Positions 61,785-64,000 of a DNA stretch of 64,000 nt are shown here, one piece after another. The notes beneath the pieces are model-generated. The model did no database searches and was not told the DNA's origin. It saw only the letters and a program-made list of their open reading frames with translations. Positions within the stretch are counted from its first letter, which is position 1; the number at the start of each line of letters is the position of its first letter. Position numbers and translations under genes: made by a program. Source of the DNA: an uncultured beta proteobacterium (lineage in GTDB: Bacteria; Pseudomonadota; Gammaproteobacteria; Burkholderiales; Burkholderiaceae_F); NCBI GenBank assembly GCA_963698305.1, contig CAVOQI010000006.1:28506-92505 (forward strand). Direction: 5' to 3'.

Positions 61785-62576
61785 TCAGTCCCTCGACCCC
61801 CACGTCGGAAAGTCCTCCACCACCTGGGAGTGCGTCACCAGTTCGCTGCCGTTCCACAGATGCAGTTGGAAACCGGACGGCTCGAAGGTGAAACGGATGT
61901 CGGCGCCCGGCACGAGGTCGAGCAGCAGCTGGTGCGCGCTGCTCGGGCACACCGAGGCGATCGTTCCCGCGAAGCGCGCGTGGATCGTGCGGTGGTAGTG
62001 GCCGCTGATCACGCGCTCGACGTGCCTATACCGAGCCACCACGGCGGCCTCCTCCGAAGGGTTGGCGAGCGTCATCTGGTCCATGAACGCCAGGCCGGTG
62101 ACGAGGGGCGGGTGATGCTGCGCGACGATCGTCGGCCGATCGGACGCGGCGAGCGCACGGTCCAGCCACTCGAGCCGCCGGCCGCAGAGTTCTCCGCCGG
62201 GCGCCCGCGGGATCACGGTGTCGAGCACCACCAGTCGCACTTCGAAGTCGTCGACCACGTACTGGACGAAGCCGTCCTCGCCGCACAGATGCTTCTGGCC
62301 GGGAAACGCCTGCTGCAGCACGCGGCGGTCGTCGTGATTGCCGACGGCAAGGTAGATCGGCATGCCGAGCGGGCTCAGCAGTTCACCGAGCAGGCCGTAC
62401 TCCTCGAGCGTCGCGTGGTCGGTCAGGTCGCCGGTGACGACGACCGCATCCGGCAACCGCGGCAATGACAGCACTTTCCGCACGCAGCGCTCGAGCATGC
62501 CCGCGGTGTCGATCCGCCCGTAGGCCAGCCGGCCCTCCGGCACGAGATGTGGATCGCTGATCTGACAAAGCAGCAT
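61785..62576 (-). CDS. cpdA: 3',5'-cyclic-nucleotide phosphodiesterase (CpdA-type metallophosphoesterase)
   Basis: MLLCQISDPHL, VVTGDLTDHA, AVGNHDD, QHHPP and ISGHYH are the class III PDE motifs. Its stop lies 3 nt before the cyclase ATG. Confidence 0.8.
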   Translation of the reverse strand: MLLCQISDPHLVPEGRLAYGRIDTAGMLERCVRKVLSLPRLPDAVVVTGDLTDHATLEEYGLLGELLSPLGMPIYLAVGNHDDRRVLQQAFPGQKHLCGEDGFVQYVVDDFEVRLVVLDTVIPRAPGGELCGRRLEWLDRALAASDRPTIVAQHHPPLVTGLAFMDQMTLANPSEEAAVVARYRHVERVISGHYHRTIHARFAGTIASVCPSSAHQLLLDLVPGADIRFTFEPSGFQLHLWNGSELVTHSQVVEDFPTWGSRD

Positions 62577-63015
62577 GCCAACGGCCTTTTCCTGGAGTGG
62601 GGAGCGCGCGGGCCTGGTGCTCGGTTCGAGTGTCCTCTCACTGGCGCGCGAAGACGGGAGCGTAGCGGATGCCGCTCGGGAGGCGGAATCAATCGGAGTG
62701 ACCACGAATGCCGAGGGCCGACAACGGAAGTTGGTCATGCGGGTCATCAGTCAACGCGTCAACGAGTCGCACGCAGTCCGCTGTTTCAACGCGCACGGCA
62801 AGGGAACCGTCGATGCACTGTCAAAAATTTCGACAACGCGCAAGGTGTCCGAGGCACTCAGCCGACCGGCGGTCGCTCGTTTCCTCCCAGTCCATTTGGC
62901 AGCCCCATAGAATCGCCGCAAGGCTGACAACAAGAAAATTTCTCTGGCTGACAACGGCCGCGCTGCGCTCGCAACGCGATCGGGGCAACCGGTGAACATG
63001 AACGCGGGGTGAAAC

Positions 63016-63711
63016 GTGTTGAACGAACTTGCGAAGAAACTGACGCGCAGGGCGGCGTTGATGGGAGCCGCAGCGATGCTTGCGTTATCAGGGCAAGCGC
63101 ACGCGGCGCAGTACGTCGGCAAGTGGGACCCGGCCTTCGGTCCGGCGTTCCCCGATCTCGGCTGGCGCGGCGAGGCGACGTTCTTCGTTCCGGATGCCTG
63201 CCTGGCGAGCGAGGGCTTCGTCTTCAACAGCGGCGTCTGCTCCGGCATGTCGCTCGTCAGCGCAGAGGTCGAGTTCTACAAGATCAGCGACCCGGGCAAT
63301 GCGGCTTTCCAGGAAACGCTGTTCTTCAATACCCCATCATCCCTCGTCATCGGCATGACGATCAGCGACGGAACGCTCGCCGGCGTGCTCGGGACCTTCG
63401 GTTACTACATCGACTCGACGCTGCCGCTGGCGGGCGGCCCGAACACGGAATTCAACCTCAGCTTCCTGAACGACGTCGCGCTGCTGGATTTCAAGACCTG
63501 GGGGCCGTGCCATCACGCCTTCAGCCTCGCCTACGGCGCGGAAAGCTGCGTGGTCGAGCGGGGATTCAGCGACCTCAACCCGCCTGACGGAGCGCCGTTC
63601 CTCACGTTCACGGCGGTTCCGGAACCCGCAAGCGGCGCACTGATCATTCTGGCGCTTGCATCGCTCACCGTGATGACGCGGCGCCGGCGGAGCTCTTCGC
63701 TTCGCCCGTAG
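63016..63711 (+). CDS. PEP-CTERM sorting-domain secreted protein
   Basis: Signal peptide ...AAAMLALSGQAHA and C-terminal VPEPASGALIILALASLTVMTRRRR (PEP motif, TM, Arg cluster). Confidence 0.85.
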   Translation: MLNELAKKLTRRAALMGAAAMLALSGQAHAAQYVGKWDPAFGPAFPDLGWRGEATFFVPDACLASEGFVFNSGVCSGMSLVSAEVEFYKISDPGNAAFQETLFFNTPSSLVIGMTISDGTLAGVLGTFGYYIDSTLPLAGGPNTEFNLSFLNDVALLDFKTWGPCHHAFSLAYGAESCVVERGFSDLNPPDGAPFLTFTAVPEPASGALIILALASLTVMTRRRRSSSLRP

Positions 63712-63730
63712 GGCGCACGACACCGGGACG

Positions 63731-64000
63731 TCAGGCCGCGAGTACGGGCTCCTCGTCCTCGGCCAGTGCCTGCGCGATCGCCTCGCGGATGTCCAGCGCC
63801 TTGCCGCGCTCCCATTGTTCGTTGAACGGCGCATCGCCCAGCGCCGTGCGCAGGGCTCCCAGTTTCTCCTGCACGGCTTCGTCCTCCCTCGGCGTCCGCG
63901 GGAGTTGCAGACGGTCGCGAGCCTGGGCCACGGCCGACAGGAGTCGTGCCGCCCTCTGAATGTCGCCGGCGACCTTCAGCGCCGCGATGTCGTCAAGGCA
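63731..64000 (-). CDS. C-terminal end of a large TPR-type regulator; 5' part lies right of the window
   Basis: The frame is open to the window edge. ...AARLLSAVAQARDRLQLPRTPREDEAVQEKLGALRTALGDAPFNEQWERGKALDIREAIAQAL is the common C-terminal repeat of ATPase/TPR (AfsR/MalT-like) regulators. Confidence 0.55.
   Translation of the reverse strand, partial: CLDDIAALKVAGDIQRAARLLSAVAQARDRLQLPRTPREDEAVQEKLGALRTALGDAPFNEQWERGKALDIREAIAQALAEDEEPVLAA

Noticed and set aside
1-64000. Searched for CRISPR arrays, tRNA/rRNA genes, IS elements, integrases and prophage genes
   Set aside because: I found no short regularly spaced repeats, no cloverleaf-like or rRNA-like segments, and no transposase or integrase-like translations. 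The only sizeable repeats are the ~520-bp pair and the M20 remnant.

Overview
Very GC-rich chromosomal segment with strong third-position GC bias. Gene content looks Betaproteobacteria/Burkholderiales-like, which is an inference. It is mostly housekeeping and accessory metabolism and envelope genes. I saw no rRNA, tRNA, CRISPR array, transposase or integrase.

Recognisable genes:
- Peptidases, toxin-antitoxin, lipid: two M20 peptidases, an amidohydrolase, a ParE/RHH toxin-antitoxin pair, and mprF coupled to a metallophosphoesterase.
- Metabolism: a class-III aminotransferase, panE, an AbfD/HpaB-like enzyme, hemG, ytfE, an FMN reductase.
- Ribosome and RNA: a DEAD-box helicase, arfB, rsgA, an HPF-family protein.
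- Envelope and unknown function: a DUF1501 plus CxxCH/PKD lipoprotein pair, an MFS transporter, c-type cytochromes, a poly-Cys Fe-S protein, an HtrA protease, an OmpA lipoprotein, a DUF2339/DUF3999 pair, and a PEP-CTERM protein.
- Cyclic-nucleotide block: kup, a cNMP-binding patatin phospholipase, a SulP-STAS-cNMP permease, and cpdA followed by a zinc-ribbon/class-III cyclase/STAND-ATPase/TPR protein.

Most interesting observations:
1. Three paralogous 55-57 aa membrane-peptide cassettes, each with its own terminator. Two of them sit inside ~520-bp direct repeats that bracket a cytochrome c/Fe-S module next to ytfE.
2. The dense cNMP-signalling block described above.
3. About 35 single-nucleotide frame disruptions (my manual count), strongly clustered in roughly 17 genes, while several 2-3 kb neighbouring genes are intact.

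Genes whose frame is broken as sequenced are typed pseudogene. A sequencing-indel origin cannot be excluded from the sequence alone.
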